A DNA stretch of 64,000 bases from Syntrophaceae bacterium UBA5744 (GCA_002419215.1 DIFQ01000059.1:2220-66219); one strand, 5' to 3'. Counted from the first letter of the stretch, positions 8,719-17,553 are shown. Translations and numbers: made by a program. Notes: generated by a model not told the origin, from the sequence alone.

Positions 8719-9958
8719 CCGGCGCTGGTTCATCGATTTCCAGTGCCCCCGCTGCGCCGCGGCTGTCAGCCTCGAGGAGACGGAGCGGATCTTCACCTGC
8801 GCCTGGTGCCGCGTGAAGCTCTGCCTCGGCAGCCCCGGCCCCCTGCAGTGCTGCATCCTGCCGCCGTCCGCCACCGGCGAAGACGTCCTGTTTGCTCCCT
8901 ACTGGCGCCTGAAAGCCATGGTGTTCACCTGCACGCCGGGCGCAATCAGGGCGGGCGCCGTCGACATGAGCCACATCGCGCTTCACGCAGAAACGCTCCC
9001 GTGGTCCCTGGGAATCCGTCCTCAACTGGCAAGGCTCCATTTCCTCGATCCCGGCATCCAGGGGACCTTCCTTGCACCCTCCCTTACGATCGGGGAGTCC
9101 GTCACCGGCTACGAGACGAACATGAAACAGCTCGGCGTGTCCCCCTGGGCGGATGCCGTCCTGCACAGGGCCTGGATCGGCGAGCAGACAAGCCTTTTGT
9201 ACTACCCCCTGATGCGGCGCGGCGGACAGATCGTCGATGCCCTGCAGGACAGGATCGTTGAATCCGTCGCCACGTGGGAGGCCCGCGCCACGGCAGAGAG
9301 GCAACCGGACTTCCGGGTACGGTTCTATGCGGCAACCTGCCCCGACTGCGGGAGGGACCTCGACGGCGACCGGGACACCCTCGTGCTGACCTGCCGCAAC
9401 TGCGATCGGGCATGGAAGCGGGGATCGGAGGGTCTCGAGGAGATGCCGGTTTACGTGATCCCCGATAAGACCCGTGAAGACCGCGTCGGCCTTCCCTTCT
9501 GGCGAATCCGGATCGGCGTGGAGGGGTTTGCTCTGAGCACATTCGGCGACTTCGCCCGTTTCTGCAACCTGCCCCGGGCCATCACTCCGGCCATGGAGGA
9601 GGCCCCCTTCTTTTTCTGGGTGCCCGCTTTCAAGGTCAATGCGGAGCTCTACCTGATGCTGATCCGGCGGATAACACTCTTTCAGTGGCGCGGCGACTTC
9701 GAGCAGCGATTGGGTGGTCTCGACTGCCACCCGGTGACGCTGCCTGCCGAGGAAGGCGCTGAAAGCCTCAAAACGGCCATGGCCGACCTTGTCGCCGACA
9801 AGCGGACCTTCATGCCAAAGCTGGGGGATCTGGAGATTGCAATGAAGGAAGCCCTTCTGGTCTACCTGCCGTTCCGGGCAAGAGGCGGGGAACTCATCCA
9901 GCCGCAGATCCCGCTGGGGATCCAGCGGAAGGCGCTTCAGTTCGGATTGAATATCTGA
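8699..9958 (+). CDS. double zinc-ribbon protein of unknown function (YdjG-like?)
   Basis: Two internally repeated modules, each with CPxC..CxxC followed by a (Y/F)WR(L/I) motif. GTG start at 8699 overlaps the SPFH gene end. Followed by a rho-independent terminator. Confidence 0.7.
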   Translation: METRSDSRRWFIDFQCPRCAAAVSLEETERIFTCAWCRVKLCLGSPGPLQCCILPPSATGEDVLFAPYWRLKAMVFTCTPGAIRAGAVDMSHIALHAETLPWSLGIRPQLARLHFLDPGIQGTFLAPSLTIGESVTGYETNMKQLGVSPWADAVLHRAWIGEQTSLLYYPLMRRGGQIVDALQDRIVESVATWEARATAERQPDFRVRFYAATCPDCGRDLDGDRDTLVLTCRNCDRAWKRGSEGLEEMPVYVIPDKTREDRVGLPFWRIRIGVEGFALSTFGDFARFCNLPRAITPAMEEAPFFFWVPAFKVNAELYLMLIRRITLFQWRGDFEQRLGGLDCHPVTLPAEEGAESLKTAMADLVADKRTFMPKLGDLEIAMKEALLVYLPFRARGGELIQPQIPLGIQRKALQFGLNI

Positions 9959-9972
9959 CGGGCGCTGCGCGC

Positions 9973-10129
9973 GGGCTTCAGGCTTCAGGCATCGGGCTTC
10001 AGAAAAAGCAAAGGATCGGGGTGATTTTCCCGATCCTTTTTTTGTCTTGTTGCCTATTCTTCAATCAGACACTTATACACAGTCACTACTTCCTCCTCCC
10101 TGTACCCTATACCCTATACCCTATACCCT
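9973..10129. repeat. composite: (GGCTTCA)n array - terminator - AT-rich spacer - (CCCTATA)n array
   Basis: GGGCTTCAGGCTTCAGGCATCGGGCTTCAG (9973-10002) and CCCTGTACCCTATACCCTATACCCTATACCC (10098-10129). Confidence 0.85.
10011..10043 (+). terminator. rho-independent terminator after the zinc-ribbon gene
   Basis: AAGGATCGGG-gtgatttt-CCCGATCCTT stem followed by TTTTT. Confidence 0.8.
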
Positions 10130-10319
10130 GTCTTGAAATAGGAATGCCCCCCCGCCTCCACTCTCTCCTTGATGCTTCTGATCTCCCTGGTTATCCTCTC
10201 TCCTGCGAAAGAAAATATGAGGTGGGGGGGCATTATTCCTGATGAAGAGAACGGAGGAACAGGGTTTTCCCAAAGACCCCTGGAAACTGTCCAATACCGT
10301 TGCCGGGCAAGTAAGGATC

Positions 10320-10496
10320 TTATTTCGTCAGGAAAAACCTGGAACTTGCGCTCGAATCCCGGGGATCGTCCCCGTCTTTTTCGTCGTCGTTCCCTTCGAT
10401 TTCACCGTCCTCCAAGTCACTGATCCGCTTGAACTCGTCTAGAAATCTAAGCCTCTTCTCCAGGTTGCGAGTTGAGGCCTGGTCATGATGCTTCAT
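10320..10496 (-). CDS. possible small acidic protein (58 aa), below ORF-track cutoff
   Basis: ATG has a GGGAG SD 7 nt upstream. The start overlaps the stop of the 60-aa ORF 10493..10675 as ATGA. Lies in a low-GC non-coding island. No recognisable family. Confidence 0.3.
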   Translation of the reverse strand: MKHHDQASTRNLEKRLRFLDEFKRISDLEDGEIEGNDDEKDGDDPRDSSASSRFFLTK

Positions 10497-10750
10497 AAAA
10501 CGACTCCCAAAACCTGCATTTCCGCACCATCCTCACGCCGGATGTGTCGATCGCGTGCGATGGAGGGTCCCTCTCCCGTCCTCAAGCCCTCTGCGGAAAC
10601 TGTGGCACTTCTTTGTACCGCGAAAGCCTTTAGCCCAGATCGGCCAAAAAGGCAATATCGGATTAAGCCCGGCATAATGTCAGGTAATACCTGATATTAT
10701 TAGCGATCACACTATATTGGGAAGAGGTTTTACGGCCTTGCGGCGAATTA

Positions 10751-10787
10751 AAATTCCCCTCTTTCCCCCTTTTTCAAAGGGGGATTT
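10751..10787. repeat. AAATTCCCCTCTTTCCCCCTTTTTCAAAGGGGGATTT hairpin motif
   Basis: CCCCC-tttttcaaa-GGGGG hairpin. A related copy lies in inverted orientation at 22285-22321 (ATCCCCCCTTTTACAAAGGGGGACAGAGGGGGATTT). Confidence 0.75.
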
Positions 10788-10813
10788 GTTTCCTTGCACC
10801 TTGGTGTTTATAC

Positions 10814-10857
10814 CTTGTGGCTTGAGGCTTGAGGCTTGAGGCTTGTGGCTTGTGGCT
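10814..10857. repeat. heptamer array (CTTGWGG units, 6 copies)
   Basis: CTTGTGG CTTGAGG CTTGAGG CTTGAGG CTTGTGG CTTGTGG, abutting the PAS-LuxR stop codon. Confidence 0.9.
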
Positions 10858-13035
10858 TTAGAACGAAGACAACAGGTAGGACCTGAGATTCGCCTTCTTG
10901 TTCTTGATGCCCAGCTTGATCCGGATGTTGTCCCGATGGAAGTCGACGGCCCGGGCCGACACGCCCAGGATCTCCGCGATGTCCTTGCTCGTCTTCCCTT
11001 CCCGGATCAGGCTCGCCACCTGGATCTCCTTGGGCGTCAGGTTCAGGTACCGCGTCCCCAGGTTGCGAAGGAATGGGGACAGGATGTCCTGCAGGTGGTC
11101 GTCGAGGATCTCCACGTAGGAGGCCTGCTCGACTGTCAGCCTGCTCTTCTTGAGTTTTTCCACGTAGGGAACGACGAGTTTTTTCACGTTGGACAGGAGT
11201 CTTTCCTCCAGCTCGCTCTTGTCCTCTTCACGGTGTTTGAGCAGGACGCGAAGCGCCGTGTTCATCTCTTCGAGGTTTTGGGATTTGTGTTCCAGCTCTT
11301 CCTCGCGTTTCCTGAGGGCCTCCTCCATCCGGCGCCTCTCCGTGATATCCCGGATCGACTCGATGGCCCCGATGAGATTCCCCGCCGAGTCCCTCAACAC
11401 GCTCGCCGTCCCGTGCAGGTAGACATCGCCCCCCTTGAGGGCCGGCATGTAAGCCTCCCCGATCAGAACCGTTTCCCCGCGTTCCGTCGAGACGTAGGTT
11501 GCCTCGTACCGCCTGTCGGGTTTCAGGGCAAGGTCGATGAGGATGGGCCTGCGCTCGCCGTAGAAGGGGATGGCATGCTCATAGTTCCCCTTTCCGATCA
11601 TCTCCGCAGCCGCCACCCCCGTCATTTCCTCGATGGCGCGGTTCCAGGCGATGACCTTCCCGTCGCCGTCGATGACGAAGGTGGCATCGGGCAGGAAATC
11701 GATCACGTCCGCAAGAAACCGTTCAGATTCCTTGAGCCTTTCCTCGGCCTGCTTTCGCACCGTGATGTCCATGAGGGAGGCCACGCTTTTTTTCGTTCCC
11801 GGGATCATGGAGACCGTCATGGTAACGCTGCGGACCCGGCCGCTGCGATCCCGGAAACGGACCTCGTAGATGCGGGGCACCGTCTCCGGGTCGATCCGGC
11901 GCCGGGTGTGGAACTCCTTCATCTGCTCCAGGTCCTCCCCGTGGATGAATTCGGTCCAGCGCCGCTTTCCCTCAATCTCATCCTTGGAAAATCCCGATTC
12001 CTTTTCGAATTCGGCGTTCACCATGGAGATGGTCATGTCCTCCTCGACGATCATCGTGGCTGTGCCCGTCGTCTCGAAGATCGCCCGGTATCGGGCCTCC
12101 GAATCAGAAACGGCCTGCTGGGCCCTGCGGCGTTCCGTGATGTCGTCGACCATCTCGATGGCCGCCGTCACGCGCCCGTCCCGGTCCATCACGGGGGACG
12201 AGACGATCCGGTAGTGCCTCACGCCGTCGCCGGAAGGCGTCTCGGTGACGGACTCGTGGACCTGCCCGTCCCGGAGTGTTTTCGCCGTCGGGCACCAGGG
12301 GCAGATTTCGTGCCTGGGCGGGACGTTAAAAGCTCGGTGACAGACCGGTTTTTGCGCCACGTCGATCCCGGGGAACCAATTCCGCATTTGCCGGTTCAGG
12401 GCGAGGATCTCCATGCTCGGGCTGATCAGCGAGATGCCGATCCCGACGTTGTCGATCACGCTGCGGTACCGGTCCTCAGAGGCCGCCAGGGCCTCTTCGA
12501 CCCGCTTCCGGTCGCCGATTTCTTCCATGAACTGCCGGTTCTTCATCTGCAGCTCCGCCGTCCGGATCTCCACCTCGTGCTCGAGCCGGTCCAGGGCGTG
12601 CTTCAGGTCGCTCTCGGTCCTCTTCGTCTCGGTGATGTCCCGGATCAGGGCCTGCTTGGAGAGGGTGCCGTCGGGATTGCGGATGGGCGCATTGACAATG
12701 GAGTACCATCGCCGGTCCTTCGGGCTCTGGATCTCCCATTGCACGGTTTCGCCGGCGAAGACACGCTCGTTGATGCACCAGGGACAGACCTCATCACGGT
12801 CGTGGAGCGCCGCGTAGCAGAACTCCCCCGTGGCATCGCGGCCCGTCCGCGCGATGAGGAGCTCGTTCATGTATTCGATGCGGTAGTCCCGGGAACAGAC
12901 ATAGATGAAACCGTCGAATGCATCGATCGTGGCGCGAAGCCGCGCCTCGGTCACAGCCGGACTCATGCCTTCGCCGTAATGCATGCGCGTTTCGGAGGGG
13001 GGTCTTTTTCCTTTTTTCGCTTCCGTCTTCGCCAC
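10858..13035 (-). CDS. multi-PAS domain LuxR/FixJ-family transcriptional regulator
   Basis: At least four PAS-like modules separated by coiled coils. C-terminal HTH LTPKEIQVASLIREGKTSKDIAEILGVSARAVDFHRDNIRIKLG. Confidence 0.9.
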   Translation of the reverse strand: MAKTEAKKGKRPPSETRMHYGEGMSPAVTEARLRATIDAFDGFIYVCSRDYRIEYMNELLIARTGRDATGEFCYAALHDRDEVCPWCINERVFAGETVQWEIQSPKDRRWYSIVNAPIRNPDGTLSKQALIRDITETKRTESDLKHALDRLEHEVEIRTAELQMKNRQFMEEIGDRKRVEEALAASEDRYRSVIDNVGIGISLISPSMEILALNRQMRNWFPGIDVAQKPVCHRAFNVPPRHEICPWCPTAKTLRDGQVHESVTETPSGDGVRHYRIVSSPVMDRDGRVTAAIEMVDDITERRRAQQAVSDSEARYRAIFETTGTATMIVEEDMTISMVNAEFEKESGFSKDEIEGKRRWTEFIHGEDLEQMKEFHTRRRIDPETVPRIYEVRFRDRSGRVRSVTMTVSMIPGTKKSVASLMDITVRKQAEERLKESERFLADVIDFLPDATFVIDGDGKVIAWNRAIEEMTGVAAAEMIGKGNYEHAIPFYGERRPILIDLALKPDRRYEATYVSTERGETVLIGEAYMPALKGGDVYLHGTASVLRDSAGNLIGAIESIRDITERRRMEEALRKREEELEHKSQNLEEMNTALRVLLKHREEDKSELEERLLSNVKKLVVPYVEKLKKSRLTVEQASYVEILDDHLQDILSPFLRNLGTRYLNLTPKEIQVASLIREGKTSKDIAEILGVSARAVDFHRDNIRIKLGIKNKKANLRSYLLSSF

Positions 13036-13045
13036 GCTTCCCCCT

Positions 13046-13324
13046 TTAATGCACGGAGTCCGGGAAGTTCGCCTCGCCCGCTTTCAACTCCGACGCATCG
13101 GTCCCTTCGGCACGGTACTGCGTCAATTCCCAGCGATCGTCGCCGCGACCGTAGCGCAGCACATACACCCCGCCGTCGTCGGCGCGCACCTTGAAGTAAT
13201 CGTGGTCCTCTCCGTACCAGCGATCCAGCAGATCCACCACCTCCCGCTTTTTCGAACCGATATGAAACCGCAGGGGCCTCTCGCAGGCCCGGTAACCGTC
13301 ATAGCTCTCGACACGGATCTTCAT
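13046..13324 (-). CDS. hypothetical small protein (92 aa)
   Basis: Host-like codon usage. Ends 10 nt before the PAS-LuxR start, so probably co-transcribed. No family recognised. Confidence 0.6.
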   Translation of the reverse strand: MKIRVESYDGYRACERPLRFHIGSKKREVVDLLDRWYGEDHDYFKVRADDGGVYVLRYGRGDDRWELTQYRAEGTDASELKAGEANFPDSVH

Positions 13325-13340
13325 GGCAGGAAGTCCTGTA

Positions 13341-13438
13341 CATGGCTAACGGCATATGGCTCAGGGCTTGTGGCAATAGGGAATGACTTCTCGTTTTCGA
13401 AATCACCTTGTGCCTTGTTCCTGCGCCGTAAGCCTGTC
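13341..13438. repeat. paired same-strand arrays (GGCT/CTTGTG type) around an AT-rich spacer
   Basis: CATGGCTAACGGCATATGGCTCAGGGCTTGTGGC - AATAGGGAATGACTTCTCGTTTTCGAAATCA - CCTTGTGCCTTGTTCCTGCGCCGTAAGCCTGTC. Confidence 0.7.
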
Positions 13439-13516
13439 TTTTTGTAATCGTATCAGCCTGAGAGAAAATGTCAAGGCGGGCCTCCGGTGCGGCAGCCGCC
13501 TGCCGGGGCAAAAAGG

Positions 13517-13551
13517 AAAAGCCGCCCCTCGTTCCGAGCGGGCGGCTTTTT
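13517..13551 (-). terminator. rho-independent terminator after ltaE (bidirectional shape)
   Basis: AAAAGCCGCCC-12 nt loop-GGGCGGCTTTT, with an A-run and a T-run on either side. Confidence 0.75.
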
Positions 13552-13594
13552 CACACGGAGGTACTTTACGATGTCTGCGGCTCCTCGCCCCGGG

Positions 13595-14632
13595 TCACCT
13601 CCGCCGGAGCGCGTTGCCGATCGTATCCAGGATGAACGAAATGTCCCGGGCCAGGATGTCATGGTGGGTCACCATCCGGAGCGTATGCTCCGAACAGACT
13701 TTGACCTTGATCCCGCAGCCGTTCAGCCGATCCGCAAAGGGGGAGGCTTTCCATCCTGCGGAGCTTACATCCAGATTGACGATGTTGGTGAGGGCCCCGC
13801 CCCGATCGACCCGGATGCCCAGCGCTTCGAGGCCCGATCTTATCTTCTCGGCATTCTCGTGATCCTCGGGCAACCGCTCAACCATCCTCGTCAGGGCAAG
13901 AATGCCGGGGGCGGCGATCACCCCCGCCTGTCTCATGCCGCCTCCGATCCGCTGCCGCATCCGCCTGGCCTCGTCGATAAAATCCCTGGAACCCACCAGC
14001 ATGGAGCCGAGAGGGGCCGCCAGGCCCTTGCAGAGACAGACATCCACGGCGTCGCAGAAGCTTACCAGATCGGCGACTGTCGTGTTCAAGGCAACGGCTG
14101 CGTTGAAAATCCTCGCACCGTCCATGAAGATGGGGAGATCGTGTTTCCGCGCGATGGCGATCGTATCCGCATACCGGCTCTTTTCCACGGCCAGCCCCCT
14201 GTTCAGGTGAAAGGTATTCTCCAGGCAGATCAGGCGGGTCCTTGCCCTCTGGACACCGGGCGGCATGATCGCCTCGCCGAGTTCCCCCGTGTCGTAGGTT
14301 CCCGAATCGCTTTTCAGGGGCCGCGGCTGGGCCCCCGACAGCGCGGAGATCCCCCCGGTTTCCAGGTTATAAAGATGGGAATCGGCAAACACGACGATTT
14401 CATCGCCGGGTTTCGTATAGACCATGACGGCGATCTCGTTGCTCATCGTCCCGGAGATCGTCAGCAGGGCCGCTTCCTTTCCGAAGATCCCCGCCGCCAG
14501 TTCCTCGAGTTCGATGACCGTGGGGTCGTCCCTCAGGATGTCGTCCCCGACAACAGCGTTTTTCATGGCTTCCCGCATCTCGGCGGTGGGCTTCGTTACC
14601 GTATCGCTTCTCAGGTCAAGGATTCTCTCCAC
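13595..14632 (-). CDS. ltaE: low-specificity L-threonine aldolase
   Basis: N-terminal LRSDTVTKPT, GTMSNEIAV, and the PLP-lysine context CLCKGLAAPLGS. Confidence 0.9.
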   Translation of the reverse strand: MERILDLRSDTVTKPTAEMREAMKNAVVGDDILRDDPTVIELEELAAGIFGKEAALLTISGTMSNEIAVMVYTKPGDEIVVFADSHLYNLETGGISALSGAQPRPLKSDSGTYDTGELGEAIMPPGVQRARTRLICLENTFHLNRGLAVEKSRYADTIAIARKHDLPIFMDGARIFNAAVALNTTVADLVSFCDAVDVCLCKGLAAPLGSMLVGSRDFIDEARRMRQRIGGGMRQAGVIAAPGILALTRMVERLPEDHENAEKIRSGLEALGIRVDRGGALTNIVNLDVSSAGWKASPFADRLNGCGIKVKVCSEHTLRMVTHHDILARDISFILDTIGNALRRR

Positions 14633-14787
14633 AGCGTTCCTCCAGCGATTTCAACCGGTTGCATTCGTCCTTTCCCGTAGCCGGTCTTGCAGTTTTCCCG
14701 GTACGGGCCAGGCTCCGGGTCCTGTATCACATCCCGAATGAAAATTCCGCACTTTGATGCATCATCCTCAAGCAGGGTTTCCGCATG

Positions 14788-14813
14788 GAAAAGGCCTCTC
14801 TTTTGGAGAGGCC
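14788..14813 (-). terminator. rho-independent terminator after the DUF3106 gene
   Basis: GGCCTCTC-ttttg-GAGAGGCC. On the minus strand the stem is followed by TTTTCC. Confidence 0.65.
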
Positions 14814-14846
14814 CGGAGAGGGGTGGAAAGGGAGAGAGGTTGGGGT

Positions 14847-15356
14847 CTATCTATTTTTTCCCTTGAAGTAATTCCTCTTTTCGTCGGGCGTCATGGAGCG
14901 GAACTTCTGTCTCGTGTCCTGGCGCTCGCCCGGCGTCATTTGCTGATACTTTTCACGGATCGTCCGGCGCTCCTCCTGGGGGAGTTCCCGGTACCACTTC
15001 GACCGCTCGCGGATGCGCTGCTGCTCATCGGGCGGAAGCTTCTTGAATTCATCGTGGCGCTTGCGGATCGTGTCCCTGCGCTCGGGTGGGAGCTCTCGCC
15101 ATTTCCGGTATCGCTGATTGGCCTGGTCCCGCTCTGCCGGCGTCATCCGCTGCCAGCGGTCGGCCCCCTTCCGGATGCGGTCCTGGCGCTCGGGCGTCAT
15201 GCTGTTCCAGCGGTCCTGGAAGGGTTTGAGCGTCTTCTGCTCCTCGGGGGTGAGCCGGTCCCAGGTTGTGCCGCCGGACTGACCCCAGGCAAGCCCCGCG
15301 AGAGACAGGATGAAAACCGCCACGAGGATTGCGATCCGTCTATTCATTTCCGACAT
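14847..15356 (-). CDS. DUF3106-like secreted repeat protein
   Basis: Signal peptide, then repeated W..(L/M)(T/P)PE(E/R) helical motifs (RWNSMTPERQ, RWQRMTPAERD, KWRELPPERR). Downstream of the ECF sigma/DUF3619 pair. Confidence 0.75.
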   Translation of the reverse strand: MSEMNRRIAILVAVFILSLAGLAWGQSGGTTWDRLTPEEQKTLKPFQDRWNSMTPERQDRIRKGADRWQRMTPAERDQANQRYRKWRELPPERRDTIRKRHDEFKKLPPDEQQRIRERSKWYRELPQEERRTIREKYQQMTPGERQDTRQKFRSMTPDEKRNYFKGKNR

Positions 15357-15506
15357 CCCATTCGCTGGTTTTCTCCTTTGTACGGAACCAATTCTTTTTT
15401 TCGGCCGGTTTTTCCGTTTTCGTCCTGTCCGTTTCAGGCTGCCCGAGAGCAAGGGGGTCCAGAGCCTGCGGGGACTTGGGGCATTACCGGGGCGATGAGG
15501 ACCAGG

Positions 15507-15890
15507 CTAGCTGCTGCTGCCGTTGCCCGTGCCTGCGAGCCACTCGTAGAAGTCCAAATCCTCATAAATATCCATGTTGTCCACGCTGTCCACATTGAGC
15601 ACGATCTCGATATCGTCGATATTCTTCACGGGCAGCTCCTGCCTCGGCGTGTCGACCCAGATCGTGAAAACCATCACTGCGGCAACGGCCGTGGCAAAGG
15701 CCCCGGCTCGCATCCAGTTCGGAATCCGGAAGAACCCCCGTCCGCGTGCGTCTGCGGCCTCGACGGCCCTCACGCGGGCCTCGCGAAGCCGCGAAAGCGT
15801 TCCGGCATCGAGATGCTCCTCACTGGCAAGGAGGCCCTGCCGGGCTTTCTCCAGGAAGCGTGCCTCTTTTCCGCTGAGCTTCTCGTTCAT
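15507..15890 (-). CDS. DUF3619-like membrane protein (possible anti-sigma component)
   Basis: Single TM (AGAFATAVAAVMVFTIWV). Start overlaps the sigma-factor stop by 4 nt. This gene order is typical of ECF sigma/DUF3619/DUF3106 trios. Confidence 0.7.
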   Translation of the reverse strand: MNEKLSGKEARFLEKARQGLLASEEHLDAGTLSRLREARVRAVEAADARGRGFFRIPNWMRAGAFATAVAAVMVFTIWVDTPRQELPVKNIDDIEIVLNVDSVDNMDIYEDLDFYEWLAGTGNGSSS

Positions 15891-16393
15891 GGCTGAAATT
15901 CCTCCAGCTTGATCTGCAGGGCATGCACCGCCCGGGAGTAGTGCGTCTTGACGCTGCCTTCCGAACAGCCCATGGCCTGTGCCGTCTGCGCCGTGTCGAA
16001 CCCTTCCCAGGCGCGAAGGACGAAGGCCTGCTGCTGCCTGAGCGGGAGCTTCCTCAGGGCCGCCTGCAGGGCCCCGGTGAATTCCCGCCTCATGACTCCC
16101 TCGGCCGGGTCCGGCGAGGTCGAATCCGCCACCCGGGCCATGGGGTCTTCCTCGTCGGCCTCATCGTCCCGGGGTTTGCCGAACCAGTCGTGAAACCGCC
16201 GCCGGACGGCCGTGCGGCGATACCAGTCGGTGATCCGGCTGTGCAGGATCTTGTAGAACAGGACGTTCCACTCCCCCTCGGGCCGACTGGCATAAAGCCG
16301 GGCAAAGTGGAGCATCGTATCCTGCACGATGTCCAGGGCATCGTCAGGATTCCCTGAGGCCATCCGGGCCATCCCGAACGCTCGCCTCTCCAC
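15887..16393 (-). CDS. ECF-type RNA polymerase sigma-70 family factor
   Basis: Region 2 (DALDIVQDTMLHFARLY, ITDWYRR) and region 4 HTH (QQQAFVLRAWEGFDTAQTAQAMGCSEGSVKTHYSRA). The N terminus looks short when started at GTG 16393 (see findings). Confidence 0.85.
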   Translation of the reverse strand: MERRAFGMARMASGNPDDALDIVQDTMLHFARLYASRPEGEWNVLFYKILHSRITDWYRRTAVRRRFHDWFGKPRDDEADEEDPMARVADSTSPDPAEGVMRREFTGALQAALRKLPLRQQQAFVLRAWEGFDTAQTAQAMGCSEGSVKTHYSRAVHALQIKLEEFQP

Positions 16394-16489
16394 CTGGGCC
16401 AGGAACCGGTTCAGTGCCGCGCTTTGGTCCAGTCTCTCATTCTCCCCGCCCCCTCGGCGACAGGCAGCCGCAAGGAAGCATTCAGTGAA

Positions 16490-16518
16490 TTAAACGAACA
16501 GGTTATCGTTTGGTTGAC
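16490..16518 (-). promoter_or_regulatory. candidate ECF-type (autoregulated) promoter
   Basis: On the minus strand: GTCAACC..(AAC-N16-CGT)..CGTTTAA, upstream of the ECF sigma gene. Confidence 0.35.
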
Positions 16519-16527
16519 ACAAATACT

Positions 16528-17553
16528 TTACATTCTCAGGACCTTGGCGCCCCGGATCTTCCGCTCCCTCAGTTCGATGAGGGCGCCGTTCGCCCCGGCA
16601 AGCGGGTATTCCCGCACCTCCGGCAGCAGGGGGATCGTGGCGGCCAGTTCCAGGAATTCCCCGACATCGGCCCTCGTCACGTTGGCGACGCTCTTGATCT
16701 CCTTCTCGAGCCAGAGATGGGCAGGATAGTCCAGTTGCAAAAGCCGGTCCCGGTCGCTGTCCTCCTTGCGGATTGCGTTGATCACGAGCCGGCCCCCGCT
16801 TTTGAGGTTCTTCAGCGCCTCCACGACGGGCCCCCAGGCAGGGGTGGTGTCGATGACGGCATCGCAGGGCTCCGGCGGCCGTTCTGCCGCATCCCCCGCC
16901 CAGGCGGCGCCCAGTTCCCGGGCAAAGTCCCTCTCCGAGATGCTCCGGGCAAAAACGAAGATCTTCGACCGGGGGTAGAGGCGCCGGGCGGCCTTGAGGA
17001 CGAGATGCCCCGAGGCCCCGAAGCCGGTGAGCCCCAGGGTCTGCCCGTCTCGAAGGCCCGCCAGCCGCAGCGATCTCCATCCGACGGACCCGGCGCAAAG
17101 AAGCGGTGCGGCCTGGAAGTCGGAAAACACCTCCGGGATGGGGACGGCAAAGGCCTCGGGCACGGCCATGTACTCGGCGTAACCGCCGTTTGCGTCACGC
17201 CCCGTCGCCCGGAAACCGGCACAAAGGTTCTCACGGCCGCCGAGACAGTGCTCACAGGCCCCGCAGGCCGAAAAGATCCAGGCCACCCCTACCCGGGCCC
17301 CGACACGGAAGCGCCTCGCCCCGGGGCCGTTCTCCACGACCCGGCCCACTACCTGGTGGCCCGGGATGACCGGAAACCGGGGCGGGGGGGTCCGCCCCTC
17401 GATTTCATCGAGCTCCGTGTGGCACACCCCGCAGGCCGCAACCCGGATCAGGGTTTCCCCGTCGTTCGGCCGGGGCACGGGGAGCTCCACAAGGCGCAGA
17501 GGTTCGCTGTCTTCGGCCATGTTCACAATCCTGTCGAGGATCATCGCTCTCAT
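16528..17553 (-). CDS. zinc-dependent alcohol dehydrogenase family protein
   Basis: GAGGGG SD. Zinc signature ACGVCHTELDEIEG..PGHQVVGRV, structural-zinc cysteines (CGACEHC..C), Rossmann GFGASGH. Confidence 0.9.
   Translation of the reverse strand: MRAMILDRIVNMAEDSEPLRLVELPVPRPNDGETLIRVAACGVCHTELDEIEGRTPPPRFPVIPGHQVVGRVVENGPGARRFRVGARVGVAWIFSACGACEHCLGGRENLCAGFRATGRDANGGYAEYMAVPEAFAVPIPEVFSDFQAAPLLCAGSVGWRSLRLAGLRDGQTLGLTGFGASGHLVLKAARRLYPRSKIFVFARSISERDFARELGAAWAGDAAERPPEPCDAVIDTTPAWGPVVEALKNLKSGGRLVINAIRKEDSDRDRLLQLDYPAHLWLEKEIKSVANVTRADVGEFLELAATIPLLPEVREYPLAGANGALIELRERKIRGAKVLRM

Noticed and set aside
10814-10857. Whether the tandem arrays could be CRISPR arrays.
   Set aside because: The units are only 7-9 nt, directly abutting with no unique spacers. 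Arrays are 20-45 nt long, and no cas genes are present.
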